Positions 19,293 through 27,655 of a stretch of DNA of 61,904 nt are shown piece by piece. The stretch is from Desulfobacterales bacterium (GTDB taxonomy: Bacteria; Desulfobacterota; Desulfobacteria; Desulfobacterales; UBA2156), in the NCBI GenBank assembly GCA_027025555.1, contig JALVQN010000211.1, forward strand, positions 1 to 61,904, in the 5' to 3' direction. The translations under genes were made by a program, and so were the position numbers. The stretch's first letter is position 1. Each line of letters begins with the position of its first letter. Below the pieces are notes generated by a model. That model worked only from the letters and a program-made list of their open reading frames with translations. It had not been told where the DNA came from and did not search any database.

Positions 19293-20585
19293 CTAGAGGG
19301 GCTCAAGGCGACAGGGGGACTCGTCCCTCTTGCGGGCCACGGCATCTCCCGACCGCTCGCCGATTATCTTGAAGAAGTCCCATTTGTTGCGCATCTTCAC
19401 GGGGTGCTTCCCCTTGGCCACAAAGGTGGTCTGGATGCACTGGTGGTCCCAAGATCGCCAGTATTCGGTGTCCTTCAGACTCCTGAAACGGTGCCCCTCG
19501 AGCTTCCTTATCACCGATCGGGAGTCGAAGGTCCCCGCGCGTTCCACCGCGTCCGCATACTCCATGATGTTGGTATAGGCTGCCTCCGCCCCATTACCCG
19601 GCGGGGTTCCGTAGAGGTCAAGGAACTTGTCCACAAAGACCTTGGCCGCGGGGAACCGGTCCTTGAGCCCCCAATACCAGGGCATGGTGGTAAGGACGTT
19701 ATACATATTGTAGGGACCGGCCTTGAGGGCCATGTGGATCTCCATCAACGGGATGAATATCTTCATCTTCTTCTTGAACCCCAGCTGGGTGGCCTGGGTC
19801 AGGGATTTGACCATGTCCCTTCCGAAGTGGTTGAGGACCAGCACGTCCGGCTTGGCCCTCTCGGCCTCCCTCAGGGGTTTGAGAAAGTTCTTTGTCCCCA
19901 AGGGAGTGGCCACCGACCCCACCGTGATGCACCCGGCCTTCTCCACCACCATCCGCAAGGTCTTCTCACAGGACCAGCCCCAGGTGTAGTCGGCGGTTAT
20001 ATGAAAATACCTGACGTTTTTGCCGAACTTCTCCAAGAGTACCTCTCCCGCCGCCTTGGAAGACATCCAGGCGTTGTTGTATTTCCTGAAGGTATGGCGG
20101 TGGCAGTATTTGCCGGTGGTCTCGTCGGAGTGGGTCACGGTTGCCATGAAGACCCTCTTTTCCTCCTGACAGACCTTGCTCACGGCAATGGCCACCGCGG
20201 AGCTGGAACCGCCCGTCACCATCACCGCCTTCTCCCTGCGGATGAGGTTCCGGGCGTTTTTGGCTGCCCGCTTGGGATTGGAGCCCGTATTCCTCACCAC
20301 ATACCTGACTTTGCGGCCCAGGACGCCGCCCTTCATCCGGTTGAGCTCATCAATGGCCACCTTGAAAGCGTTTAGCTGATCCTTCCCCTGCAAGGAATAG
20401 GGCCCTGTAAGGGGGACGTTCAGCCCAAAGACCACGTTCCTTTTTTCCTTACCCCAGGCCCGGGAAACCCAGATGAGCGGGCAGCCGACCCCGGTTGCGG
20501 CCAACCCGGCCGCGGCTTTGGCCGCCTTGCCGCAAAACTCCCTGCGGCTGATTCCAGATCCCTTGCCTTCTCTTTTCCTGTTCAT
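19293..20585 (-). CDS. periplasmic binding protein, LivK/type-I (Peripla_BP_6-like), TAT signal
   Basis: Start at MNRKREG (20585). Twin-arginine signal (ISRREFCGKAAKAAAGLAA). Body resembles Leu/Ile/Val-type binding proteins (VVFGLNVPLTGPYS...). No adjacent ABC permease or ATPase. Confidence 0.8.
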   Translation of the reverse strand: MNRKREGKGSGISRREFCGKAAKAAAGLAATGVGCPLIWVSRAWGKEKRNVVFGLNVPLTGPYSLQGKDQLNAFKVAIDELNRMKGGVLGRKVRYVVRNTGSNPKRAAKNARNLIRREKAVMVTGGSSSAVAIAVSKVCQEEKRVFMATVTHSDETTGKYCHRHTFRKYNNAWMSSKAAGEVLLEKFGKNVRYFHITADYTWGWSCEKTLRMVVEKAGCITVGSVATPLGTKNFLKPLREAERAKPDVLVLNHFGRDMVKSLTQATQLGFKKKMKIFIPLMEIHMALKAGPYNMYNVLTTMPWYWGLKDRFPAAKVFVDKFLDLYGTPPGNGAEAAYTNIMEYADAVERAGTFDSRSVIRKLEGHRFRSLKDTEYWRSWDHQCIQTTFVAKGKHPVKMRNKWDFFKIIGERSGDAVARKRDESPCRLEPL

Positions 20586-20614
20586 AGCTTGTCCCCCCTC
20601 AGAAGCTCGTCCTT

Positions 20615-21457
20615 TTAGTAGGTCATGGCCCTCAGAAACGCGGAAAGGGGCGTCTCCTCCGGTCGCACAAAGCCGTTGAGCTTCGCCCTTTTCAGGGCCC
20701 TGTGCCCTTTGGGCATGGCAAGGAGCGCCTTTTGAACCTTCCCGGCAACGCCCTTGGGCACCCGCTTGGGGTGATAGGTGAAAACCCAGTTTGGGAGCCA
20801 CTCCCCCTTGAAAAGCACCTTGATATCAGCCATCTTCACCACCTTGGCCAATCTGTCTAGGGCTGACTCCCTTACGAATCCCGCATCCGCCTTGCCGTCG
20901 TAGACCGCCTTTATCACGTTTTCCTGCTTGTTCTGCGGAGCCACCACCACCTTCATGTCCCTCTCCGGTTCCAGCCCCCGCCCGCGGAGAAAAAGCGCCT
21001 GGGAGACCCACCCGCCCGCAGAGGTGTAGGCCACAATACAGACGGTCCTGCCCTTGAGATGCTCCGGGACGGATATCCCTGAGTCCCTTCTCACTATCGC
21101 CACCCCCCGGAACTTGACCCCATCCTTTCCTTTACTGGCTACAGCTATGGGCCTTATCATTTCGGAGACCCTGGTGAAGACATACGGGTTCTGGTAGGCG
21201 AAGTCCACCCTCCCTTTGTACACCATCTCTATGTGCTGTGCGTAGTTTCTAGGTATTATCAGCTTGAACTCCTCACCGGTGGTCTCCTCCAGGTAGTCCA
21301 GAAGCGGCTGGAACCTCTGCATGAGCTCTATGGGGAAGTATCTCGGTAAGACGGCCACCTTATATCTCTTGGCCGCGGCGCCTTGCGCGGAAAGAGAGAC
21401 AAAGGCGAGTATCAACGCCATTACCACCGCTGAAGTCTTGAATCTAAAGGCCATCAT
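20615..21457 (-). CDS. PhnD/SsuA-like periplasmic substrate-binding protein
   Basis: Signal peptide MMAFRFKTSAVVMALILAFVSLSAQGA. The PhnD-like fold is inferred from YKVAVLP...VDFAY...AGGW. Confidence 0.75.
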   Translation of the reverse strand: MMAFRFKTSAVVMALILAFVSLSAQGAAAKRYKVAVLPRYFPIELMQRFQPLLDYLEETTGEEFKLIIPRNYAQHIEMVYKGRVDFAYQNPYVFTRVSEMIRPIAVASKGKDGVKFRGVAIVRRDSGISVPEHLKGRTVCIVAYTSAGGWVSQALFLRGRGLEPERDMKVVVAPQNKQENVIKAVYDGKADAGFVRESALDRLAKVVKMADIKVLFKGEWLPNWVFTYHPKRVPKGVAGKVQKALLAMPKGHRALKRAKLNGFVRPEETPLSAFLRAMTY

Positions 21458-21499
21458 GACATCACCTTTCCTTTTGTCGGCGTGGCGAGAGCGTGAATA

Positions 21500-22747
21500 T
21501 TACACCGCCGCCCGCCTTCTTCTCCTTAAGCGTTTGATAGCGGTCCTCATGGAGTCCTGCATACGGGTGATGGAATCGGCTAGAAGACCGAGCTCGTCGG
21601 TGGCCTTAACCTCCACCGCGGCGTCGAGGTTGCCCAAGGAGATGTCGTCCGCCACCCGGGCGAGGCCCACAATGGTGTTTATGATCCTCCTGGCGTAGAG
21701 GGTCACGAGGGCCACCACCACCGCCAGGGTAATAACGATGGTAACGGCCAGGGTGTTACGGGTCACCACGCTGAGCCTGGTTATGGAGTCGGTCATCTTG
21801 GCCACGGGCAGGAGGAACTCATCCACGTAGGTGGTGGCCGCCACCAACAAAGGGGTTCCCTTCACCCTGCTAACCACCATAAACTTCTTCCGAACCACCC
21901 CGTCGGGGTCCAGCCAGTCGTAGTAGCCCGCCTTGGTCTCCTCCTCTTCGGTGGGGCCGACAAAGATGTTCCACCACGTGTCGTAGCGGCTCTCTTTGAG
22001 CTTTGTCTTCCTCACCTTGGTGATATCGACATCCACGAGGGAGGGGTCCGCGTGGGTCCGCATGATGAATCTGCCGTCCGGGGTCCTCTCATAGACCGAG
22101 GTGTAGCCGGTCTGCCCCACCGGCTGGAGCCCCAGCTCCCGAAACTCGGGTGTGTCGAAGATCTCCTCATAGGTCATCTCGGGCCTGGCCTCAATGTAGA
22201 GCCTCACCTGCTCCGCCACACCCAGGGAGACCTGCTCCACCATCTCCTCCGCGATCCTGGAGAGGCTCCTCTTGGTGGAAGTGGTCATGATCTCCCCCAC
22301 CTTGTCCATCTGATGGAGTGAGTAGATGCCGCCGAAAGCGATGGCCAGCGTCAGGGGCACGAGCACCTGGATGAGGAGCCTGGTTCTAAGACCCATTCCC
22401 TTTATCTTGCCAGCGCCCGCGGCCAGGGGCGAAGCCGCGGCGGCAGGCCGCGGAGCCGGTTTCCCTTTCGGGGGCGGGTTCTCCGCCGCAGGTGCGGTAT
22501 GGGGCGGCCGGGGAGGTTCGGTGGGGGAAGCCGTCTGCCCTCCGCCCGCCGCGGGGACGGCCTGGCTCCTCTCAGAGGGCTCTCGCACAGGGGGAGCCGG
22601 AGAAGCGGGAGACTCGGTCTCCGGCCTGGGCTTCACCACCACAATCACCCCCTTGCAGGAAGGGCAGGTGAGCTTGATCCTATCTTTTGTGATCCTGTTG
22701 GGATCTAGGGTGTACCTTTTTTTACAACGCGCGCACTGAATTATCAT
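21500..22747 (-). CDS. MJ0042-type zinc ribbon, Pro-rich linker, TM, Cache-like periplasmic domain, TM, HAMP; no output domain
   Basis: N-terminus MIIQCARCKKRYTL...CPSCKG. Two TM helices flank about 190 aa. The protein ends about 60 aa after TM2 with a HAMP-like segment (DDISLGNLDAAVEVKATDELGLLADS). Confidence 0.75.
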   Translation of the reverse strand: MIIQCARCKKRYTLDPNRITKDRIKLTCPSCKGVIVVVKPRPETESPASPAPPVREPSERSQAVPAAGGGQTASPTEPPRPPHTAPAAENPPPKGKPAPRPAAAASPLAAGAGKIKGMGLRTRLLIQVLVPLTLAIAFGGIYSLHQMDKVGEIMTTSTKRSLSRIAEEMVEQVSLGVAEQVRLYIEARPEMTYEEIFDTPEFRELGLQPVGQTGYTSVYERTPDGRFIMRTHADPSLVDVDITKVRKTKLKESRYDTWWNIFVGPTEEEETKAGYYDWLDPDGVVRKKFMVVSRVKGTPLLVAATTYVDEFLLPVAKMTDSITRLSVVTRNTLAVTIVITLAVVVALVTLYARRIINTIVGLARVADDISLGNLDAAVEVKATDELGLLADSITRMQDSMRTAIKRLRRRRRAAV

Positions 22748-22760
22748 GACTCACCACTCC

Positions 22761-23558
22761 TTATGAAACACGGCTTAAAAGGTCCAGCATGGCCTTCTGG
22801 AAGGCCAGTCTCTTCTCATCCCTGGGGATCTCCGCAGCCAGCACCTCCACCAGCTCCGCGGCCCGGCTTCTGGGGAGCGCATCCAAGGACTCCCCCATTT
22901 CCTCCAAGACGTCCTCCAGCACCACCTCCGCCATAGGGCCCAAAGCGTCGGTCAGAAAACCCCTGAGCGCGGAGATAAAATCTCCGTTTATGGAAGAGGG
23001 CTGAGTGCGGGAGGCGGGCCCGACCTCTACAGAGACCAGCATGCCGGACTCCACAAGCCTGCTGAGCCGCCTGCGGAGATCAGTGAAGCTCATGTTGAGC
23101 CTCTCCCCTACCTGCCCCACATTGCTCACGCCGTCCAGATGGGCCAAGATGCGCCAGGTCTCACGGTCGAGCTTGATCTCTTTGGTGTCCAACGTGTCCG
23201 AGAGCTTGAGCACTACCTCCTTGGAAGGGATGAGCTCCAGAACCTTGGCCCTTGCCGAGCGCAACCGTTTCATCTCTTCCTTGAGGCGGGCCATGGGAGA
23301 CTCTATGGTCGCGCGGGGTGCGGACTCTCCGGCAACGAAGGTATAAGACCCGGCATTAAGGTCCAGGATGTCCACCAGGGCATCAAGCCCTTCGTTCCCC
23401 GCAAAATGAGCGTGCACTATCTCCCCGTTCGTAAAATAGACTCCGCCCTCTCCAGAAGCGGCCACAACCGACAACAGCCCCGTCTGTTTGCCCATATGGA
23501 GGATACCTATAAGCTCCCCGATCTTTATCTTCTCCAAACTGCCGCTGAAGATATCCAT
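22761..23558 (-). CDS. DUF4388 (PatA-N-like) domain protein with central winged-helix-like segment
   Basis: N-terminus GSLEKIKIGELIGILHMGKQTGLL...GGVYFTNGEIVHA is typical of DUF4388. The middle segment (ILAHLDGVSNVGQVGERLNMSFTDLRRRLSRLVESGMLV) looks MarR/wHTH-like. Confidence 0.7.
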   Translation of the reverse strand: MDIFSGSLEKIKIGELIGILHMGKQTGLLSVVAASGEGGVYFTNGEIVHAHFAGNEGLDALVDILDLNAGSYTFVAGESAPRATIESPMARLKEEMKRLRSARAKVLELIPSKEVVLKLSDTLDTKEIKLDRETWRILAHLDGVSNVGQVGERLNMSFTDLRRRLSRLVESGMLVSVEVGPASRTQPSSINGDFISALRGFLTDALGPMAEVVLEDVLEEMGESLDALPRSRAAELVEVLAAEIPRDEKRLAFQKAMLDLLSRVS

Positions 23559-24030
23559 AAGAATCCCCGTTGGTTGAGTTGAATTGATAAGAACTTGGTT
23601 TTTAGGAGTGTGTCACGTGAGGGACTCCCATCAAATACGGTTGTATGCGGTTAGGGAATAGGCACTACATATTGTGTCCCAATAACACGGCGATGATCCT
23701 CCTATGTCACCCGCCGATCAAATATCCTATACTGACTCAATCTGATTGTCAAGACAGAGGCTAGCTCACAAAATCCGTGGTTGGTTTTAGATGAGGTGTA
23801 GGTTTGCCCTTGATGGCAAGGGGAGAAAATCCTACCGCAGGTCTGTGGTCCACCAGCGAGTGGCTGTCAGAGCCGCACTTTGAGCAGCGTGTACCATGAA
23901 TGGCGGATAGCAGCAAATCCGCACATACCTCTTTCCCTCATGGTCACGTTCACTTCACCTTTTGAATGGAAAATGTCAGGTTCGTGGAAATTCCCAGCTC
24001 CTCAAGCGAAGATTTTAAGGGAGCAGTTAC

Positions 24031-25644
24031 CTATCGGCCCTGCATTTTTTGGGGCAGGGTGAAATAAAAAGTGCTGGACACCCCTTGGATGCTTTCGGCC
24101 CAGATTCTTCCGCCATGGGCTTGGACGATGGCCTTGCAGATAGCCAGTCCCAGGCCCGTGCCTTCGGTCTTTCCGTATCCGCCCGAAGGCACGGTGGAAA
24201 ATTTATCGAAGATGCTCTTGAGGTTTTCCTCTGGAATGCCGATGCCCTGGTCTTTCACCGAAACCGTCACCCATTCGGGATCCTTGTTGACCTGAATTTG
24301 AATTTGAGTATCCGGGCCGGAAAATTTGACGGCGTTGTCGATGAGGTTGACCATCACCTGTTCCATGCGCTCCAGGTCCATTTCCACCAGGACCTCCCCG
24401 GGATTTTCATACACAAGGGAGATGCCCTTTTCAAAGGCCAAGGGAGCGATAATTTCGATGACTTCTTCGATGAATACCCCCAGGTCCACCTGATCGAAGG
24501 CCCATTCGATCTTTTTGGCTTCGATTTTGGTGAAGTCGAAGAGGTCCGAGACCAGATGAATCAGGCGGCTCAAGTTTTTATCAATAATTTCAAGGTAGTT
24601 TCGATTGTCTTCCTTTTTGAGGGTGCGGTTCAGGTAATCGATGCCCCCCCGGATGACGGTCAGGGGCGTGCGGAGCTCATGGGACATGTTGGCCAGAAAA
24701 TCGGATTTTAATTGATCAAGGGTTTGAAGCTCTCGGTTGGCCTCGGACAACTCTCGGGTGGCCTGGGCGATTTTTTCCCTGAGATCGTCGCGGCCCCTGG
24801 CAAGGCGTTCGGCCATGGTGTTAAAACGGCGCCCCAGGGTTTCAAACTCGTCGCCGGTGTCAAGGGCCACCCGGGCCTCCAGGTTGCCTTTTCCGATTTC
24901 ATCCGTCATCTTTTCAAGTTTTTTCAAGGGATTGATGACAAACCGGTGCATCATGATATAAAGGGTGAACACGGTGATGAAAATGAGGGCACTCCCGGCA
25001 ACCACAAGCTTTAAGTGGCTCTTTCGGGTGGCAGCGCGCATTTTCTCAACCGGCAAAAAGATGCTCAATCCTCCCCGGATAATATTCAGTACATCGCCTT
25101 TGCGGTTGTGGCATTTCAAACACTGTTTTTCCAGGTAAAGCGGTACGATGTATTGAAAATAGGGCGTGCCGTTTTCCCGGACAAACTGAAAGATTTCGCG
25201 GGTTTTTTGCTTTTGAAACAAGTGCAGCGCCTTTTTTTCGAAAGGGTCCGGCTTGTTTTTCGGATTCAGGGGATTCAGGCTGGTCAGGCGGAAGCGATAG
25301 AGGTTTTGTCGGATGGAATATTGGGAGAGTTTCCGCGTGACCATGGAAGGGGTGAAGCGCTGATAGACACCCCGGGACGTTTCCAGCGTATCTTCGAAAA
25401 AACAGTTGATATGCCTGGCCCCTCGGCTTTGCAAATTGACAAAGACACCGCCGCAGTCCGTGATCCATTGACGGGTGAGGATGATCTGACGGGACAGCAC
25501 CCGGGCCTGATTCACCACCTGAGCCCTGTACTGTTTCTCGTTTTGAACGTCGGCCCAGGCAAAAAGGATCCCCAAAATGGGCAGGATGATGAGCACGATG
25601 CAAAGGAAGAATTTCCATTGGAGGGAAAGATGGATTCTGTTCAC
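24031..25644 (-). CDS. sensor histidine kinase with DUF3365 (Tll0287-like) haem-c sensor domain
   Basis: N-terminal TM. Periplasmic domain with a CLKCH haem-c motif. Second TM, HAMP, HisKA (SHELRTPL) and HATPase_c (GTGLGLAI). Confidence 0.9.
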   Translation of the reverse strand: MNRIHLSLQWKFFLCIVLIILPILGILFAWADVQNEKQYRAQVVNQARVLSRQIILTRQWITDCGGVFVNLQSRGARHINCFFEDTLETSRGVYQRFTPSMVTRKLSQYSIRQNLYRFRLTSLNPLNPKNKPDPFEKKALHLFQKQKTREIFQFVRENGTPYFQYIVPLYLEKQCLKCHNRKGDVLNIIRGGLSIFLPVEKMRAATRKSHLKLVVAGSALIFITVFTLYIMMHRFVINPLKKLEKMTDEIGKGNLEARVALDTGDEFETLGRRFNTMAERLARGRDDLREKIAQATRELSEANRELQTLDQLKSDFLANMSHELRTPLTVIRGGIDYLNRTLKKEDNRNYLEIIDKNLSRLIHLVSDLFDFTKIEAKKIEWAFDQVDLGVFIEEVIEIIAPLAFEKGISLVYENPGEVLVEMDLERMEQVMVNLIDNAVKFSGPDTQIQIQVNKDPEWVTVSVKDQGIGIPEENLKSIFDKFSTVPSGGYGKTEGTGLGLAICKAIVQAHGGRIWAESIQGVSSTFYFTLPQKMQGR

Positions 25645-26200
25645 TGTCTGACCTCCTCCATCGCTTGATGAACCGCAACAGCGGGCGCATTCCCCGCTGC
25701 TTGCAACGGGGAATCTTCAATCCACTCCGAAAAGGGCATCTCCTGGCCGCCATTTTGTTGATCGATGTTTTTTTATAACCCAAATGGCGGGATTTACAGG
25801 CGCCCACGGGTTTCGATGCAGGCATCCATACCTAATTGGTAAGATTCTACCATAGACCCTGTTTTCTGTCACTTCCTTTGCACGATACAGTCTTCCGGGC
25901 CGGTTGCATCGAATCTGAAAAAGATAAGGGGCGTTTTTGACGATTCCGTTTTAACGATGAAATCCAAAGTGCGTTCTTTGCCTTGATATTCGGATACGTT
26001 TCTGGTTTCATGGCCAAGGCCGTAACCGGTAAAAGCGAGCATGCTGCACCCCGTACGAAAAACCGGAGCCGTTGGCCGTCAAGGAGCTTGCGATTTGAGC
26101 CAGAGCTTCGAGACGCTTTCAGAATAAATCGGCAAAAAGAGGTCCAGGCGGTTTTGCAACCCATCCCCGGCCGTTAACCATTGGAGGCAAGGGCAGTCCA

Positions 26201-26911
26201 GTGCCCAAAGAAACAGGAAGGGCCAAGCGCATCCTCGTGGTGGATGACGATAAGGATATCGTCCAGACCCTCAAAGGGAACCTGGAACTGGATGGGTACA
26301 CGGTTTTGACGGCCCTGGACGGCCGTTCCGGCCTTGAAATCGCAAAAACCCACCGCCCCGATCTGATCATCCTCGACCTGAATCTTCCGGATATCGACGG
26401 GATCAAGACATGCCAGATCATCCGACGTGAATTTGACTTTCCCATCATCATGCTGACGGCGCGGGACCGGGTTTCAGACAAGGTGCTGGGGCTGGAATGC
26501 GGCGCGGATGATTACATTGTCAAGCCTTTCAACTTCTTGGAACTTTCTGCCAGGATCAAGTCCATTTTCAAGCGCATGGAAAGAAGCCTGGTCAACGATC
26601 ATTATGAATTCAGGGATCTTTCCATCAATTTCATCTCCAGGACCCTGAAGGTCCGCGGCGAGCCGGTGAAGCTGACCAAGACCGAATTTGAACTTTTGGC
26701 GCTTTTTGTGTCCTATCCCGGTGAAGTCCTGTCCCGGGATTTTATCCAACAGCAGGTCTGGCGGGATTCCCAGTTGTATCAAACCAGCCGTGCCGTGGAC
26801 GTACATGTGCAACGGCTTCGCAAAAAGATTGAAAGGGAAGCGGAAAGCCCGGAATATATCGTGACGGTGACCGGAGTGGGGTACAAATTTCAGGCCGAAA
26901 AGCGCCCTTAA
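26201..26911 (+). CDS. OmpR/PhoB-family response regulator
   Basis: Receiver domain (ILVVDDD...DLIILDLNLPD...K) plus a C-terminal winged helix (TKTEFELLALF...VTVTGVGYKF). GTG start as in the ORF track. Confidence 0.9.
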   Translation: MPKETGRAKRILVVDDDKDIVQTLKGNLELDGYTVLTALDGRSGLEIAKTHRPDLIILDLNLPDIDGIKTCQIIRREFDFPIIMLTARDRVSDKVLGLECGADDYIVKPFNFLELSARIKSIFKRMERSLVNDHYEFRDLSINFISRTLKVRGEPVKLTKTEFELLALFVSYPGEVLSRDFIQQQVWRDSQLYQTSRAVDVHVQRLRKKIEREAESPEYIVTVTGVGYKFQAEKRP

Positions 26912-26941
26912 GACATGTTACAAAAGTTACAGCCTTGTTTC

Positions 26942-26969
26942 TTGACTAATGGAATTAAACTGGTATAAG
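26942..26969 (+). promoter_or_regulatory. sigma70-type promoter candidate for napC/hao
   Basis: TTGACT (26942-26947), 16-nt spacer, TATAAG (26964-26969), about 75 nt upstream of the ATG at 27044. Confidence 0.4.
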
Positions 26970-27043
26970 AGTCAAAAGCTTAGGCGTGGATTGGGGAGGG
27001 TTTTTACCGGCGTCCTTACCCTAACGGAGCGTGAGGTAACGGA

Positions 27044-27610
27044 ATGAGTGAAGAAGCTGTTCCCAAGAAGACCAAAAACAAAAAGGGGTGGGTTTTCGGC
27101 CTGATTATCGGCGTGGTGCTGACGGTCATGATGGTGCTGGCGTCGGGTTTCATGATTGAGACCACCAACACGGACACTTTTTGTGTTTCCTGCCATGTCA
27201 TGACGCCGTTCCGGGATGCGTGGACCCAGGCCGTGCACGGCGGCCAGAATCCCCAGGGGTTTGCCGCCCAGTGTGTGGACTGCCATCTGCCCCACGGGGA
27301 TTTTTTCGAGTTTTTGATGACCAAGGCCGTCACGGGCACGGGCGATGTCATCCAAAATTTCTATATTGACCCGAAAACCTATGATTGGGCCGGCACGGCA
27401 GAGAAAAACCGGCTCAAGTTCACCTTCGACAGCGCCTGTCGCCATTGCCACCATGTCCTGACGCCGCCGGGCATGCCCCGGGGGGGATTTTTGGCCCACC
27501 GGGCCTATTTGCGAGGGGCCACGAAAAAACGATGTACCGAATGCCATCCCCATGTGGGGCATAAGAACATGATCGAGAGGGCCAATGCGTTTTTCAAAAA
27601 GGAGATATAA
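27044..27610 (+). CDS. NapC/NirT/NrfH-family membrane-anchored tetrahaem cytochrome c
   Basis: N-terminal TM helix. Four CXXCH motifs (CVSCH, CVDCH, CRHCH, CTECH). 188 aa. Confidence 0.9.
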   Translation: MSEEAVPKKTKNKKGWVFGLIIGVVLTVMMVLASGFMIETTNTDTFCVSCHVMTPFRDAWTQAVHGGQNPQGFAAQCVDCHLPHGDFFEFLMTKAVTGTGDVIQNFYIDPKTYDWAGTAEKNRLKFTFDSACRHCHHVLTPPGMPRGGFLAHRAYLRGATKKRCTECHPHVGHKNMIERANAFFKKEI

Positions 27611-27655
27611 ACTGGTCTGTTAACTCAAGCCGAGTCACGTGGAAAGGAGGGTCGT

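Noticed and set aside
25645-26200. The long divergent spacer between the kinase and regulator genes, including the 105-aa ORF 25847..26164 (-).
   Set aside because: The ORF translation has no signal or domain features and an odd composition. I could not identify an RNA motif or promoter elements with confidence, so no feature is called.
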